49,563 nt of DNA from Lama guanicoe (GCA_013239625.1 MU054117.1:3100011-3149573), one strand, 5' to 3'; positions 11,848 to 24,342 are shown, counted from the first letter of the stretch. Notes: generated from the sequence alone by a model not told the origin. Numbers and translations are program-made.

Positions 11848-12400
11848 CTCATTCTTTTATTCGTTGGTTTAATAAGCAAAGTGGAGAAGGTTCCTTCTCC
11901 CACGGGGCTTACAGTCTAAAGAGAGTCAACAAGAAAGAAGCCAAGAGAATTCCAGAGAGTAATGACTACTGTCAACGTAACACAAGGGGGGTGCAGCTCA
12001 GTGGTAGAGCGCCTGCCTAGGTGCGGAGGTCCTGGGTTCAATCCCCGGTGCCTCCATTTAAATAAATAAATAAACAAACAAACAAACCTGATTACCGCCC
12101 CCTGCCGCCAGAAAATATAAAATATATTTCAAGAAAAATAAGAAAAGCAATACAAGCCAACATGATAGAGAGTGTCTGCGGGCAACTTGAGATGGTGGGT
12201 GGGGAAGCCGTGTTGAAATGGAAGCTGAAAGGCCAAGAAGGAAGCAGCCACGTGGATGTCTGGAGGAGACACATTCTGGGCAGAGGGAACAGAATGTGCA
12301 AAGGCCCTGCGGTGGGAATAAGCTCGTCTGAGATAGAGAATTAAAGACGCTATGGCTGAAGCACAGGGGAAGAGGGGAGCCCGAAGCTGGGGAGACAGGG
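11848..12400 (-). mobile_element. L2 LINE fragment, interrupted by a SINE
   Basis: CATTCTGGGCAGAGGGAACAGAATGTGCAAAGGCCCTG is a hallmark L2 motif; also GGGGCTTACAGTCTA. Confidence 0.8.
11986..12143 (+). mobile_element. tRNA-Ala-derived camelid SINE (Vic-1-like)
   Basis: A box AGCTCAGTGG, B box GGTTCAATCC, then CCTCCA, (AAAT/AAAC)n, CCTGATTACCGCCCCC and an A-rich tail. Degenerate TSD: AACGTAACACAAG / AAAGCAATACAAG. Confidence 0.92.
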
Positions 12401-13712
12401 CCAAGCCCCATGGGGGCTCATGGGCTGGGGGGGGGACTGGGGTGTTGGGCAAATCTCCGTTGGTTGCTTTCTTGGCCAGAAGCTTCCGGAAGCTCAGTGC
12501 TCTGTACTTTAGACGCTGCTGCCTCTACCTTGCCCTTGTTTTGTAACACATCAGGGGGAACCCCGGGCCTTTCCCACGGTTGTCGCTGTGCTCGTGGTGG
12601 GTCATCGCTCTTGTCATGTAGAAAAGTGAGACAGCCGATCAAGAGGGGCCCCGAGTCTGAGGGGCCGCCCTTGCAGCCAGTGCCAGTGTTGCTCATCGGG
12701 CTTTCGTTCATTTGCATTTGTTTTCATTTTTAAGAATTACAGTAAAAGGTCAATGCCGAACCCAAACAAGGGAGTCACAAATAGTAGAATTTCAGGCAGT
12801 TCTGGGGCAAAACCTTGGGGATTCCTTCAAGTCTGCAGACTAGGGTCATGGGCAGGGACAAGCGGGGAACAGAAAAATGCAGTCAGAGCGAGAGAGAAAA
12901 GCAAAAGAAGCGCCAATTATTTCGGTCAAAAAGCAAAGATACTGGTGGTGCATCCATCAAAGGGAGAAGTCCACGGGGACGGCCCAGGGGAGTCTCCCCG
13001 CCTGCGGCTGAGCCCTCTGAGACGGCCCGAGGGGCGGGGGGGGGGCGCTGCAGGGCTGCCTTTGGAGTTCCTTGTTCAGAGTGGGTCTCAGGGATGTGGG
13101 TGTGGGGTCCATTCTCACGCTCGTGCTGGAAGATATCCCACCGAACTGAAAACACCAGTTTTCTCACCCTGCCTTGCCAAGGACTAAACTCCAGGCACGC
13201 GGGCCCACGGGAGAAGGGTGCCCCTGGGAAGCCCCATCCCCTCCAAGCGGCAGGCCCTGCCCCTCCCCAGCCTTCTGGCTGTTCACTTCCTGCAGGTGAG
13301 GAAGAGGTTTTGTTTCTAGAAATGAAGCTTGCCCGCTGGGAGAGGACGTCAGAGGCTAGAGTCTGAGTCTATCGCAGGGCAGTTGGAATTCTCCACCCTG
13401 CTGCCCCCCAACCTTAAGAAGTCCTGGGATCACAGGGGCTGGTCAGTCCTACATCTTCAGAGACTTTCTGTGAGGCGCCCTCTGCTCTTCTCGGAGCTGC
13501 AAACCCTCTGGCTTCACACACTTTCTAGATCGTCACTGTGCAGACGTTCCCAGTATTGTTTGGAGCGCTCCGCCCTTTGATCTGGGTGCCCTGCTATCAG
13601 GAGGAGGAATCAGAAAGCAGCATCCTGCTTTGCTACGGAGCCAAATGAGGAAGCACTGGACCGCTGGCCGGTCCCCCCGGCTGGCGGGGCCAGGGGCCCT
13701 TTGGCAGGGAGC

Positions 13713-13726
13713 CCAGCAGGGGGTGC
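13713..13726 (+). promoter_or_regulatory. Candidate CTCF site (CpG-decayed)
   Basis: CCAGCAGGGGGTGC differs from the consensus by one C>T change at the CpG position. Confidence 0.3.
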
Positions 13727-14107
13727 TGCTGGCCTCGGCGTCCCCCCACCGAGGGCTCTGTCTGCAGATTGCAGCCTGAAACCCGCCATCCAGAGGGCGT
13801 GAGAGAGAGCCCCCGGGGAGACCGGGTAAGCCAGGAACCAGCGCCATCAGAAGTGAACACGGTGCTGTTGCAAAAGGCAACGGCGGTGTGCAGGGAGGTG
13901 GGGTCGGCCCCGCTGTTTGAGTTTAGTCCCTGTCAGAGCTTGAGGTGGGATGGGCTTTCTGAAAACGCCCCTTCCTCTGCCTCTTTTCCAAGGTCAGTTC
14001 ATTTCCATCCAGCAAACTTCTACTGACAGTCTGTAAGGGTCCAAGCTGACTCTGATCCGGTCTCTGCCTGCAGGGAGCTCACTAGGGGCTGTCAGAGGCA
14101 CCCAGAG

Positions 14108-14428
14108 TGGGGTTCCCAAAGTCTGGCCGCTGGGCCAATGTGGCCCAAAGCCTGGTTTTGTAAAGCCTGCCAGAGTTTTACACTTTTTTTTTTAATCAAA
14201 AGAGGAATTGTATGTTGTGGCAAGTAGAAATTCCATGATATTCAGATCTCAGTGTGCATAGATCAAGTTTTATTGGAACCCAGCCCTGCCCCTGGGTTTT
14301 GCTGTGATCGAGGGTTGTTTCTGCCCTGCAGTGCCCGAGGTGAGCAGTTGCAACAGAGACCACATGGCCCACTGAAGGCTGACGTGTTCGCTCTCTGACC
14401 CTTCACCAAAAACGTTTGCTGACCCTTG
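14108..14428 (+). mobile_element. MER58B-like hAT-Charlie DNA transposon (non-autonomous)
   Basis: TGGGGTTCCCAAA...GGGCCAATGTGGCCC...AAGTTTTATTGGAAC...GTTGCAACAGAGACCACATGGCCC...GTTTGCTGACCCTTG, about 320 bp. Flanks ACCCAGAG / GACTAGAG resemble a decayed 8-bp TSD. Confidence 0.88.
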
Positions 14429-14694
14429 GACTAGAGTTATGTCTCCAGCAGCAATAATATAAGGTCATTTCCAAAGTTAAGAAAAAGCTCATGCTGTCTA
14501 AGCATTCTTGGTCCTCTATTATCTATAACAAAAAACTGGATAACTTGGTGAACTGCCACTCTGCTGTGCTTACGTGGAGGTTTGTTCTGTTTTTGCTTTG
14601 TTTTGTTTTAATATTCCAGGGGGGAAGGACTCAACCTCCCTGAAGAAGGTTCTGAAGTGAGATCAGAATACGTACAGGGGACGAGCATCCTGGG

Positions 14695-14872
14695 TGACAC
14701 TCAGAGTCAGACCTCCAGGGCTCAAACCTGAGCCCACCACAAATGAGAGTGACCTTGGGCAAGAGCCTTACCCGGACTCTGTTTCAGCCTCATGACCCAT
14801 AAGTTGGGCATAAGAAAACCATTTACCTACTAGGGTTAATTAAAAGATATAAAGCACTTAAAAGAATGCCTA
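14695..14872 (+). mobile_element. MIR SINE
   Basis: GAGTCAGACCTCCAGGGCTCAAACC...GTGACCTTGGGCAAG...TAAAGCACTTA. Confidence 0.8.
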
Positions 14873-15019
14873 TTATCCTTAGTGAGGAATGTCACAGCTC
14901 TTGCATTTCTTTAAAGATTACGAGCTTGTGGGCTGTCACGGAGTGATGAGTGGTGCTGGCTAACATTTACTGTGCTCTTCAGATGAAGTTGGTTTGCTTG
15001 TTTGTTCTGAAACAATCGG

Positions 15020-15763
15020 GCTGGAGGAAAGGGAAGCCTCGTGCATTGCTGGTGGGAATGCGAATTGGTCCAGCAGCTGTGGGAAACACTATGGACGTTC
15101 CTCAAAAACTTAAAGGTAGAATTTCCACAGGATACAGCAATTTCATTTCTAGGTATTTATCCAAAGAAAGTAAAAACACTCATTTGAAAAGATGCATGCA
15201 CGCAAATGTTCACAGCAGCATCACTTACCATAGCCAAGATACAGAAGCAACTTAAGTGCCCACTGATAGATGAATGGATAATGAAGATGCGATAAATATA
15301 TAATGAAATACTACTCAGCCATAAAAAATGACCTCTCACCATTTGTGACAACACGATGGATTTAGAGGGTATTATGCTAAGTGGACTGAGAAAAACAAAT
15401 ACTGTGTGATCTCACTTAACATGTGCAATCTAAAAAACAAAGCAAACAAACAAAACAAAATGAAAAAAGACTCAAAGATACAAAGAGCAAACAGGCGTTC
15501 GGCAGAGAGGAGAAGGGTGAAAGGGCACAAAATGTGAAGAGGACTGAGAGGTACAGACCTCCAGACAGAAAAGAAATGAGCCACAGGGAGGTAATATACA
15601 GCATAAGAAATACGGTCACAATATTGTAATATTTTTATGGGGACAGACGGTCACGAGACATTGTGATGACCCTTTCACAACGTATGCAAATGTCACATCA
15701 CTGCAGTTCACCTGAAACTAACGTAACAGAGGACAGTCAACTATATTTCAGTTAAAAAAAAGA
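15020..15763 (+). mobile_element. LINE-1 fragment (ORF2 C-terminus + 3'UTR)
   Basis: TGCTGGTGGGAATG...AATGTTCACAGCAGCA...GATGAATGGATAA...TACTACTCAGCCATAAAAA...CACCTGAAACTAAC plus an A-tail; disrupted by stops and frameshifts. Confidence 0.93.
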
Positions 15764-16133
15764 ATGGGGGTACACTGTGGCTAGAGTTATATAAATAAAA
15801 CATGCATTTGAATTAAAAAATTAAAAAATGAAAGCGTCTTCGGCAGTATGTTAAAGGGGACTTAACTGGGTGTACAATGGAAGCTGAACTCTCTCTAGAG
15901 AAAACCCATCACAAAGACACAACGTAACTTCATTCCCTACAATGTAGACAGGGGCTGGCTGGGACCTCAGTCCTGCAGGATAAGCAGCATGTGTTTTTCG
16001 GTTGAACATTAAAAGAAGTGTCTTGTGGCAGCAAATTACAGAGCAGAGAGTGTAAAGGAGGTAAAGACACATTAACCCTGGTAGCAACCACAACAGAATA
16101 AAGGAGCTAGTTCGTGGTTGTTAAAAATAAACC

Positions 16134-16303
16134 CAAACAACAAGTTTCTACTATAACCCGGGGAACTACATTCAACACCTCGTAGTCACCTGCAAGGAAA
16201 AAGAATCTGAAAAGGAACATGTGTCTGTATACGGACGACTGAAACACGCTGCTGGCCTCCAGAAATGGACACCTTGTAACTGACTATATGCCAATTAAAG
16301 AAA
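16134..16303 (+). mobile_element. LINE-1 3' end fragment (camelid-type, GC-shifted)
   Basis: Aligns to the reverse complement of the L1 ends at 19082 and 43487. Possible TSD: ATAAACCCAAAC / ATAAATCCAGAC. Confidence 0.85.
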
Positions 16304-16736
16304 TGGATAAATCCAGACGCCCCAGTCCGTGAAAACTATGCTCAGAACTCCAGCAAACTGCGAAGTTAGCTGCAAAGATGCTTAATGTTTTCCTGTAATT
16401 CCTGTCATTTTGAGCTTTGATCTCATTTGCGTAAGTAGATACTAGAGAATGGTTTCAATGGGTGTTAAGACTGTCGTAAAGAATCACATTTAAGGAAAAA
16501 AAAGAATTACATTTTTGTAGAAAATTCATTCAAGAGCTGACCCCCCCCCCTTGTAAAAGTTATTTCCACCTGTAGGAAATCTCGAAGCCGCCAGACCCCT
16601 GGCAGGCACGATAGTCCCTTGAGATGGTAACTCCCCTCAGGGTGCGGGGGCTGCTGGGGAGAGCTCGCCTTCTCTCTGTGACCCCCAACCTGTGGGGTGA
16701 CGATCAACATCCCAGCGTGACAAAGAGGCAGTGATG

Positions 16737-16850
16737 CTGGCTCTGTGACCTTCAACAACCCTTTAACCTCTCCGACCTCAGTTTCCTCTTCTGACAACAG
16801 ACGGCGAGTAGACAGATTGAACTTTAGGTTTCCTCTGAATCATCAAATCC
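16737..16850 (+). mobile_element. MIR (MIR3-like) fragment
   Basis: CTGTGACCTT...TTTAACCTCTCCGACCTCAGTTTCCTCTTCTG. Confidence 0.75.
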
Positions 16851-17524
16851 CACGACCTTTAAGCTGCAAAGCGGCAGGCGTGACTTGTCGTCTCTACTAC
16901 TATATTTGGTCAGTGCTTGAAGGTCGCTAGCAGGGGCCGGGAAGGGAAAGGGTGAAATGAGGAAGGCGATTTACAGATACTCTGACGCTGATCTTCTCTC
17001 TCTGTGAAAGAGACTCGTGAAGGACCGAGAGGGCTGGCTTCCCTTTGAACTTTTTACCTGCTGTTAAACGTCTGACCGGGGCTGGGCGGCACACGACAGG
17101 GCCCCTGATGGAAGAATTCCTTACGATTCTGTCCACGGCAGCTTTCTGTGTTAATTCGCTGCACGATGGCCGGGAAGGCAGCAGGGAGGACCTGGGTAAT
17201 CCCAGAATGGACCCTTTAGTTACCTAATCCATGGCATTGATGATTCTTTCTGGAACCACAACTTGGCGTGCCCCATTTCTCTTCACACCTTCTTCTCTTC
17301 CTACTCACCCACCTGCCTCTTAACATTAGTCAAGCGAATCTGCTCCTCTCCTTTGCTTCCACGAAGATCAGGCTACTTTTTATACATCAGGGTGTGACAC
17401 TTGGCCCTGAAGGGAAGTGAGAGGATGCAGCCACCAGTTGGAATCACATTGCTTGAAAAATTCGGAAGTTCCAGGAACCCATCCAGGACAGTTTGTGAGG
17501 GCTGCACTTCTCAGGTGGCTGATG

Positions 17525-17620
17525 ACGCAGAGGGCAGATCTTAGAGACGGACCCGCCCCTACACTTCCAGCGTCCGGGAGAATGAGTGCTTCGCCCTGAA
17601 GGTGGATCTGGGCACACAGC
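17525..17620 (-). mobile_element. LTR16-like ERVL LTR fragment
   Basis: GGGAGAATGAGTGCTTCGCCCTGAAGGTGGATCTGGGC resembles the reverse of the LTR16 5' end as I recall it. Confidence 0.5.
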
Positions 17621-18618
17621 TCAGTGGGCTTTCCCTGTGCGTTTGGAGGACAGAGTGGGGATATCCATCATCTGGGTACCACACACTGCAGGTGGCTGTT
17701 TCGCCTTGGATTCCTCGGGAGGTGGCCACAGAGACCCAGGCTGCCTCCCTTAGTCTACCCACAGACCAAATGGACAGGAAGCGGCAGAAGGAGGTGTGGA
17801 CGCAGAGGAGAAACTGGAACTGACATCGTCACAGCTCCTGGACACCCCGTCTGGCTACTGGCCTGGGAATTAACACCCTTCAACCTTTCGTGGTGGTGGT
17901 GTTGCTTTGTCCCTTCAGCGTGCTGCTCAGGGTCTTAAGTACTGGGAAAGAGAATCTGACTGGCTCAGCTTAGTTCACTTAGCTGGGGGTGGACAAGGAA
18001 TGGTCCCCCCAGATTGCACACAGTGAGGGTACAGTGCCATGAGGAAGGGGAAATATATGTTGAAACACACACACATGTTCACGTCTGTACACACCAACCC
18101 ATAAATGTCCATAAGAGCGGCCAATAATTAGCCAGGAAGATGTCTCTCCTTTCAATACCTAATCAAAAAGGTATGAACCATGGACTCAGACACCACTCTG
18201 AGTGTAAAGAGGGTGCAGAGCACCTTGACAAGAGTCACATCACACTCCCAGATCACCAAAAGCATTTTAAAATTAACACAATGAAGTTCTAATCATCTAA
18301 ACAGGTTTCTTTCCTAAAGAAGAAGAAATTTAAAAAGGCATTGTCTTCTCACTGAGAAGTTTCCTATCAGAAGTTTCTAGTGAGCAAAACAGCAAAACAC
18401 TTTTTTAAGAGAGTTCACCAATTAAAACTGGGCTTTCCCTGCAATTTTTTTTCTACCTTTTTCCTTTTATTGCGTGAAGGTTGAGACTTAGGAGGGTAAT
18501 GGCCAAGAGATGGAGTTCCTTATCACTGCTCGTGGTGCTAGATGTGCCCAGGTTCACAGAGGGATACCTTCAGGTCACAGCTTGGATGCTGTAAATTGCA
18601 TTTCTGGCAGCTATTTCT

Positions 18619-18761
18619 TTATTTATTGTTGTATTACTTACTTTTCATTTTGGAGGGGAGGTAACTAGGTTTATTGATTTTTAGAGGAGCTACTGGGGAT
18701 TGAACCCAGGACCTCATGCATGCTAAGCATGCATTCTGCCACTTGAGCTATTCCCTCCCCC
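18619..18761 (-). mobile_element. tRNA-Ala-derived camelid SINE (Vic-1-like) with perfect 15-bp TSD
   Basis: TSD CTGGCAGCTATTTCT at 18604-18618 and 18762-18776. The empty site TTTCT/AA is an L1-endonuclease-type target. The B box GGTTCAATCC is intact and the A box is near-consensus (AGCTCAAGTGG). Confidence 0.95.
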
Positions 18762-19081
18762 CTGGCAGCTATTTCTAAAGGAAGCAGGGAGACCTCGTCA
18801 CTAAGTCTCACACAGTGTCAGACACAGTGCAGGCTCTCAAGGGGTCTGGGAAGGAAGGGAGGGAAGGAGAAGGGGGCGGGAACTTTACCCTTGACTCACC
18901 AGCGTCTAGATCACAGGTGGGTCACACATCTTACTCATACGTGACCTTTCCTGACTAGCACCCATGTGGAGGCATCTAGACAGAGACCTGGGGGAGGCAT
19001 AATTATTCAGGAATCCTCCCCCCATTAGCAGAAGAGTACGGGTTTTCATCAGGAATAGGACCGAGGACGTTCTGAGAGTCC

Positions 19082-19782
19082 TTTTTTAATTGAAATATAG
19101 TCCGTTTACACTGTTGCGTTAGTTTCTAGTGCACAGCGTAGTGATTCAGTCAGACATATACATTTCTTTTCATTATAAGTTATTACAAGATATTGAATAT
19201 GGTTCCCAGCGCCATTCCATAGTACCTCGTTGTTTATCTATTTTATCTACAATAGTCAGTGTCTACAAATCTCGAACTCTCAATTTATCCCGGCCCACCC
19301 ACATTCCCCCTAGAAACCATAAGTTTGTTTTCTTTGTCTGTGAGTCTGTTTCTGTTTTGTAAATCAGTTCATTTGTGTCGTTTTTTTTCCTTTCAGATTC
19401 CACACGTAAGTGATGTCATACGGTATTTGTCTCTGACTTACTTCACTTAGAATGACAACCTCCAGGTCCATCCATGTTGCTGCAAATGGCATTATTTCAT
19501 TCTTTTTTATGGCTGAGTGGTATTCCATTGTGTAAACATACTATATCTTCTTTATCCAGTCATCTGTCGTTGAATATCTAGGTTGTTTCCATGCCTTGGC
19601 TACTGTAAACAGTGCTGCTGTGAGTATTGGGGTGCACGTGCCTTTTCAAATTACAGTTCCCTCCTGATAGGAGCCCAGGAGTAGGATTGCTGAATCATAG
19701 GGTAAGTCTATTTTGGGTTTTTTAAGGAATCCCCACACTGTTTTCCATAGTGGCTGCTCCAAACTCCATCCCCACCAACAGC
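19082..19782 (-). mobile_element. LINE-1 fragment (ORF2 C-terminus + 3'UTR)
   Basis: Minus-strand translation QPLWKTVWGFLKKPKIDLPYDSAILLLG is L1 ORF2-like; T-tail and TTGAAATATAG terminus on the left. Confidence 0.95.
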
Positions 19783-21649
19783 TCAAAGAACTAGTTATTG
19801 AGAAGCTAACAGTTTTGAGGGGGAGGCGTGGAATACTAGAGGTGTACAGACCACTTCTAATCCAGCAATCGTATTTTACAGAGGAAGACACTGAGAACTG
19901 GAAAACTCACGTGGGACTTCCACTTCTGGTCAGAAAGGAGCAGCAGGGACCGGGACCATATTTACCATCCGACTTAAAACAGACCAAAAAAAAAAATCCC
20001 TCGGGATCAACCTTTGTCTCTCTTCTCTTTGAAAACCAGCTCGGGCCTGGGGAGCAGGGTGGGGACTGGGGTGAGGCCAGCGAGGCGCTCCTGGCCAGCT
20101 CTGAGGACAGCTGCCGCCTATATGTCGCGCAGCGGGCGCTGCGCCCGGCTCGAGGGGGACGGCCGTGTGCGGCTGATGTGAGACCCAGGTACAGACCTCA
20201 CCTGAGTGCCTGGAGACCCGCTTCTCATCTGCTTCCTCTTCCATGCAGTTTTGGTTTGGCCTCCTCCTTTGATGAAAACGCACACTCACACCAGCCTCCC
20301 TGCCTCCTTCACCACAGCCCCCACCTCATCCGCCTCCACTTGGCTGCCCCTCTCCGAGTGTCCCAGAGTGGCCGCTGCCTGCAGCTCCCTGGTAATTGGG
20401 GTCACCCTCCGCCAATGCTGTCCTGCGAGGCTCATGGTCCCGGATTCCTGAGCACTGGCCGCCAAGCCCTTCCTAGGAGCCAACCTGCTCTTCCTCCCCA
20501 GGTCTGCACGTTGTGTGCAAGGCCTCTGTGGCGCCTGGGCAGTGAGAGCTCCACATAGGAAGGAACCCTGAGCGGACTGGACTGGACCTGCTTGTCCCTT
20601 GTAGGAGATGCTGATGTGGGGTGACAGGTGGAGTCTGGGAAGGTGTGATGGAGGGAGGGGATAGCCGGCCGGCTGAGTGTCCCTGTGCTTAGAAGGCTCT
20701 GGCAGTGGGGGGACGGCAAGCCTGCCCCTCTCTCTTGAAGTCAAAACAGAGCTTGCAAAGCCAAGTGCAAACAGCCTTCCTCCGTCTTTCTCAAGGCCCC
20801 TGCAAGTCCTCCCCAGATAGCAGCTTTTAGCCAGCACCCCGGGTCATTCCCCTGCCCGGATGGACGGAGGACGGATGCCTCGCCCTTATCAAAGCCAAGG
20901 GCAGGACTGGTGATAACAGAATCGTGGCCTAGGAAGGTCCCCTTAAGGGTCATCTCTCGCTTCCCCCGCCTCGGGCTAAGTCTCTCTGTCCTCTGCAGGG
21001 AGACCTGGGCCGTCTGCCCTCCCCAGAAGCAGCCCCTGCTCACGCACGCTCCAGTGATGGGCAACGCAATGATCTTGGGACAGACGGGGAACGCCTTTTT
21101 GAGATCTGGGTTAGACGTCACCTGCTCTAACCAAGAGCAGTTTCTCTTGTCTTATCTCTGGTGGAGAAGGGAACAGAAGAGCAGAGGGCTGGAGGAGGAC
21201 CAGGAAGGGGAAGAGAAGTCAAAACCAAAGCAGTCGAGTCCAAGGCTGAGGACATTGGGCTCTGTCTAAGCCTTTGCTGCTCAGTGTGGTCCACACACGG
21301 GGAGGGTCTGGTTCACCTGGGAGCAAAGGAATGAAGGAGAAGTGCAGACTCTCTGGTGGGTCTGCTCCGACCTACTGCGTCAGCTGTTGCCTCCCAGTGA
21401 CTTGTTTGTCTGCAAAAGATGGAGAGGTGAGGGGCTGGGGCTTAGCCTCCATCACTTACTGTGAGCTTTGGGGCAGGAGCCTCAGCCCAGAGCGAGGCTG
21501 TGAGCAGAGGTGTCTGAATCTGCCCCTACAGCACACCCGTCCCTGAGCCCCCGGGTGCGCCGGGGCTCAGCTCCAGAGCCTTCCCCGCTGTCGGCCCCCA
21601 TGCCGCTGACCGGAAGGAGGTGGGAGCCTTCCTCCGGGCAACCGACCCC

Positions 21650-22400
21650 TCCGTCTTTGTTCAAATTGGAGAAGCCAATGCTTTACACATAGCCGGGGCC
21701 CCGCCGGCTGCAGCCCGACGTCGCCCCACTCGGGGTCTGTTTTTGCACTTGGTACAGGAGCTCCGTTTTGCTGGGTGGCGGTGTTTTTCTTGCCTTCTAC
21801 GTGTGTGTGATTCACTCAGATTGCTTTTTTTGTTTGTTTTTAACAAGAGGTGGTTTTTGTGTCTCTGAATGACACCCTTGTGGCCGTGTCCCCCCAACCC
21901 CCTTTGATGCGAGGCCTCTGTTTTGAAAGCGTCAGGGTTCTGCCACCCGGACCTGGTGAGGCATATTTAAAGCTGTTTAAATTGACAGACCAGGCAAACA
22001 GGATTAACTCTGTGGGCCCAGGAGGGGAGGTGGGGGCAGGAGGAGCACCGCGGGCCGGTCTACATGGCTGAGCAGGAGGGCAGCCGGCCGGGCTGGGAAG
22101 GGGCCGATGGCGCGAGCCGGCCAAGAACCCTCGATCTGGGAGGTAGGCAGAGAGCTCGCAATCTGCCGGCGATTGGATTAGACATGGTGTGAAACTCACA
22201 GCAGGGCTGTGCGGCTGGCCGGGGGCCGGGCCGCTGCGGAGGCCAGGCCGGGTGGGGCCGCCTGGCCTGCCCCCGCCGGCCCTGGAGACGGCCTCAATGT
22301 CCCTGGCCTCGCAGCATCTTCCCGCCCCACCGAGCCTCCTGCGTTCTCAGGGCAAGCAGGCCCCGGGCCCCTATTCACGGCGCCTCCACACGCAGCCCTG
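21650..22400. promoter_or_regulatory. Candidate enhancer / small CpG-island-like region
   Basis: Repeat-free. TCF site CCTTTGATG at 21901, TGACAG at 21983, GGATTA at 22001, ATTGG at about 22172. About 29 CpGs in 22041-22380 by hand count. Confidence 0.45.
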
Positions 22401-23934
22401 CCCTCAGGAGGGAGAGGCCCCGTCTTCCAAGCCTTTCTCGGGATCCCTTCCTTCACCTTCTCCTTTGTCTCTTTCTCTGTCGCCCTTGTGCTCCGCCTCC
22501 CTCCTGCACGGTCTGCTTCACTCTGCGGAGCCTCCTCCATCTGGATTTGTTCAAGAGCCCGTTCAATGCGTGTTTTCCACTTTCTCAGGGATTTGGGAGT
22601 TCTGATTCACATCTTCGAGGATTTTGCAACTCCTTCCTGAAGCCTAATCAGGCCGCTGGGGCTGGGGGAGCGGGTGGCTGGGTGGGATTTAGCGTCACTA
22701 GGAAGTTGACAAGATTTAAGCCTTTCTGGCAAGGGCACTAACAGCAGGTGCAGGTGCAAAGGGGAAAAAGTGAACCGAGGAAGGAGATGAGGGGCTGGAG
22801 ATGGATTTTAATGGATGTTCCCAGACCCCACCCAGCAGTGAAAGGGGCTCTTTTTGTCAGGAAAGCCAGCCTCCGGCTGGTGTCAGTGATGAAATTCGGT
22901 GGCCGGAGTGTGGACATCTGGGTCCCGGGCAAAGGGTCTGTCATCTCCTGACCTCCCTCTGACTCTTGTTATAAAAGGCAAATTTAAAAAAAAAAATCTC
23001 TAAGCCACTTCTCCATGCAGAGAAGTTTAGATTCTAAATCTGCCTCCTTAGGCAAGGACAGCTTTGGCCAAACGTCCTTTCTGCTCTGTCCATTTCACTA
23101 TGCAGGAAGCAGGGAGGTCAGTGGCCACATGCCCTTCATCCGCTTTGAAAACTCATCCATCTCTCAAGATGGGAACAACCCCCTACGGTCAGCTAGTTCC
23201 ACGACCACACTTGAGAGCTGGAAAAGGCCACAGCAACACGGTTCTCTTACTTCACAGAGGACGACCTGGGGGCCCTGAGGGCCCCAGTGTCACATCAGAG
23301 TGTCCGGTCGTCTCAGCAGCTGCCCCTCTCACTGGTCAAGGGAGAGCGTGCCATGAACACGGCCTCCTGCTCCCTGTGCTGTGGGCACCGTGACTCTCCC
23401 TCCAAGGACACCTGAGCACGGTCCCCAACAAACCGCAGGAGCTGCATCCCCGGGGGTGCCCAGGAAAGTGCCGTCAGGATGGCGCCTCCCTCCCTCCCTC
23501 CCTCTGAAGTCCCCCAGCTCGACTGTACTTTCTCACTGCTACACCCACCATACTACATTTTGCAGCTATAATTTCTTACTAGGGGACGACGAGTGCCTCT
23601 CTGGTGCCTGTCAGAGTGGACAGTCTGTGCTGGTCAATAGACTTCATGGCATGTGACCCTTGAGATCCACCTGCATTGTCTACCCAGGTGGTGTGTTAAC
23701 AAGCATTCCAGGTCAATGTCTGGGCTCACTAGGAAAAGGGTCGGCACTGGTTGAAATGTCTGCTGTGGATGAGGAGTGGGGATGGTGACACTTACACTGC
23801 ACAGAAAGAGGCAAGCCGGGGTGTCCCCAAACCTGCAGAGCTCCACCCTGACTTCCAAAAAGGTGGCCTCCCTGCCACCAAACAGCCCGGGGTAAGCATG
23901 CCCGGGGCTTCTCAGCCTTTGCATGGCCACTGAG

Positions 23935-24342
23935 AAGCCCAGGGACTTGCTTCATCCCACAGGATTTGGCTGAAGTCACGTGGTACACCCAAGCCCTGGT
24001 CCTCAGAGGACTGGTGGCTTCAAGGACTGGTAGATTCAGCTTTCTCTCTCTTGGGAAGCCAGCAGGGACGTAAGAAGCCTGCTGGCCCATGTGCCAGGAG
24101 GGAGCCCAGGGCAGCCACGGGAGAGGCCACGTGGGAGGAGCGAGGAGGCCCCAGACACGGGACTGAGATCTTCTTGGTTTTCCGCCAATCCAGTCGTCAG
24201 CTGAACGCAGCCAATGAATGACCCCAGGTGACTCCTCACTCACAGTCAGGAGAACCGCCCAATTTCTGGACCCATAGAATTGTCACTTTAAGATGCTAAG
24301 TTTTGGGGTGGTTTGTTACACAGCAGTAGATAAACTGAAACG
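23935..24342 (+). mobile_element. MaLR LTR (MLT1H/G-like)
   Basis: GCAGCCACGGGAGAGGCCACGTGGGAGG and the terminus CTAAGTTTTGGGGTGGTTTGTTACACAGCAGTAGATAAACTGAAAC. Confidence 0.85.

Noticed and set aside
11986..12056. tRNA-Ala-like sequence (also 39511-39586)
   Set aside because: The anticodon or acceptor stems are disrupted, and each is followed by the SINE body and an A-rich tail, so these are SINE heads rather than tRNA genes.
19713..20558. Longest ORF in the track (281 aa, + strand)
   Set aside because: It starts in antisense L1, crosses a MIR-like piece and continues in GC-rich DNA. The product is Pro/Arg/Ser/Leu-rich with no recognisable domain, as expected for a chance ORF.
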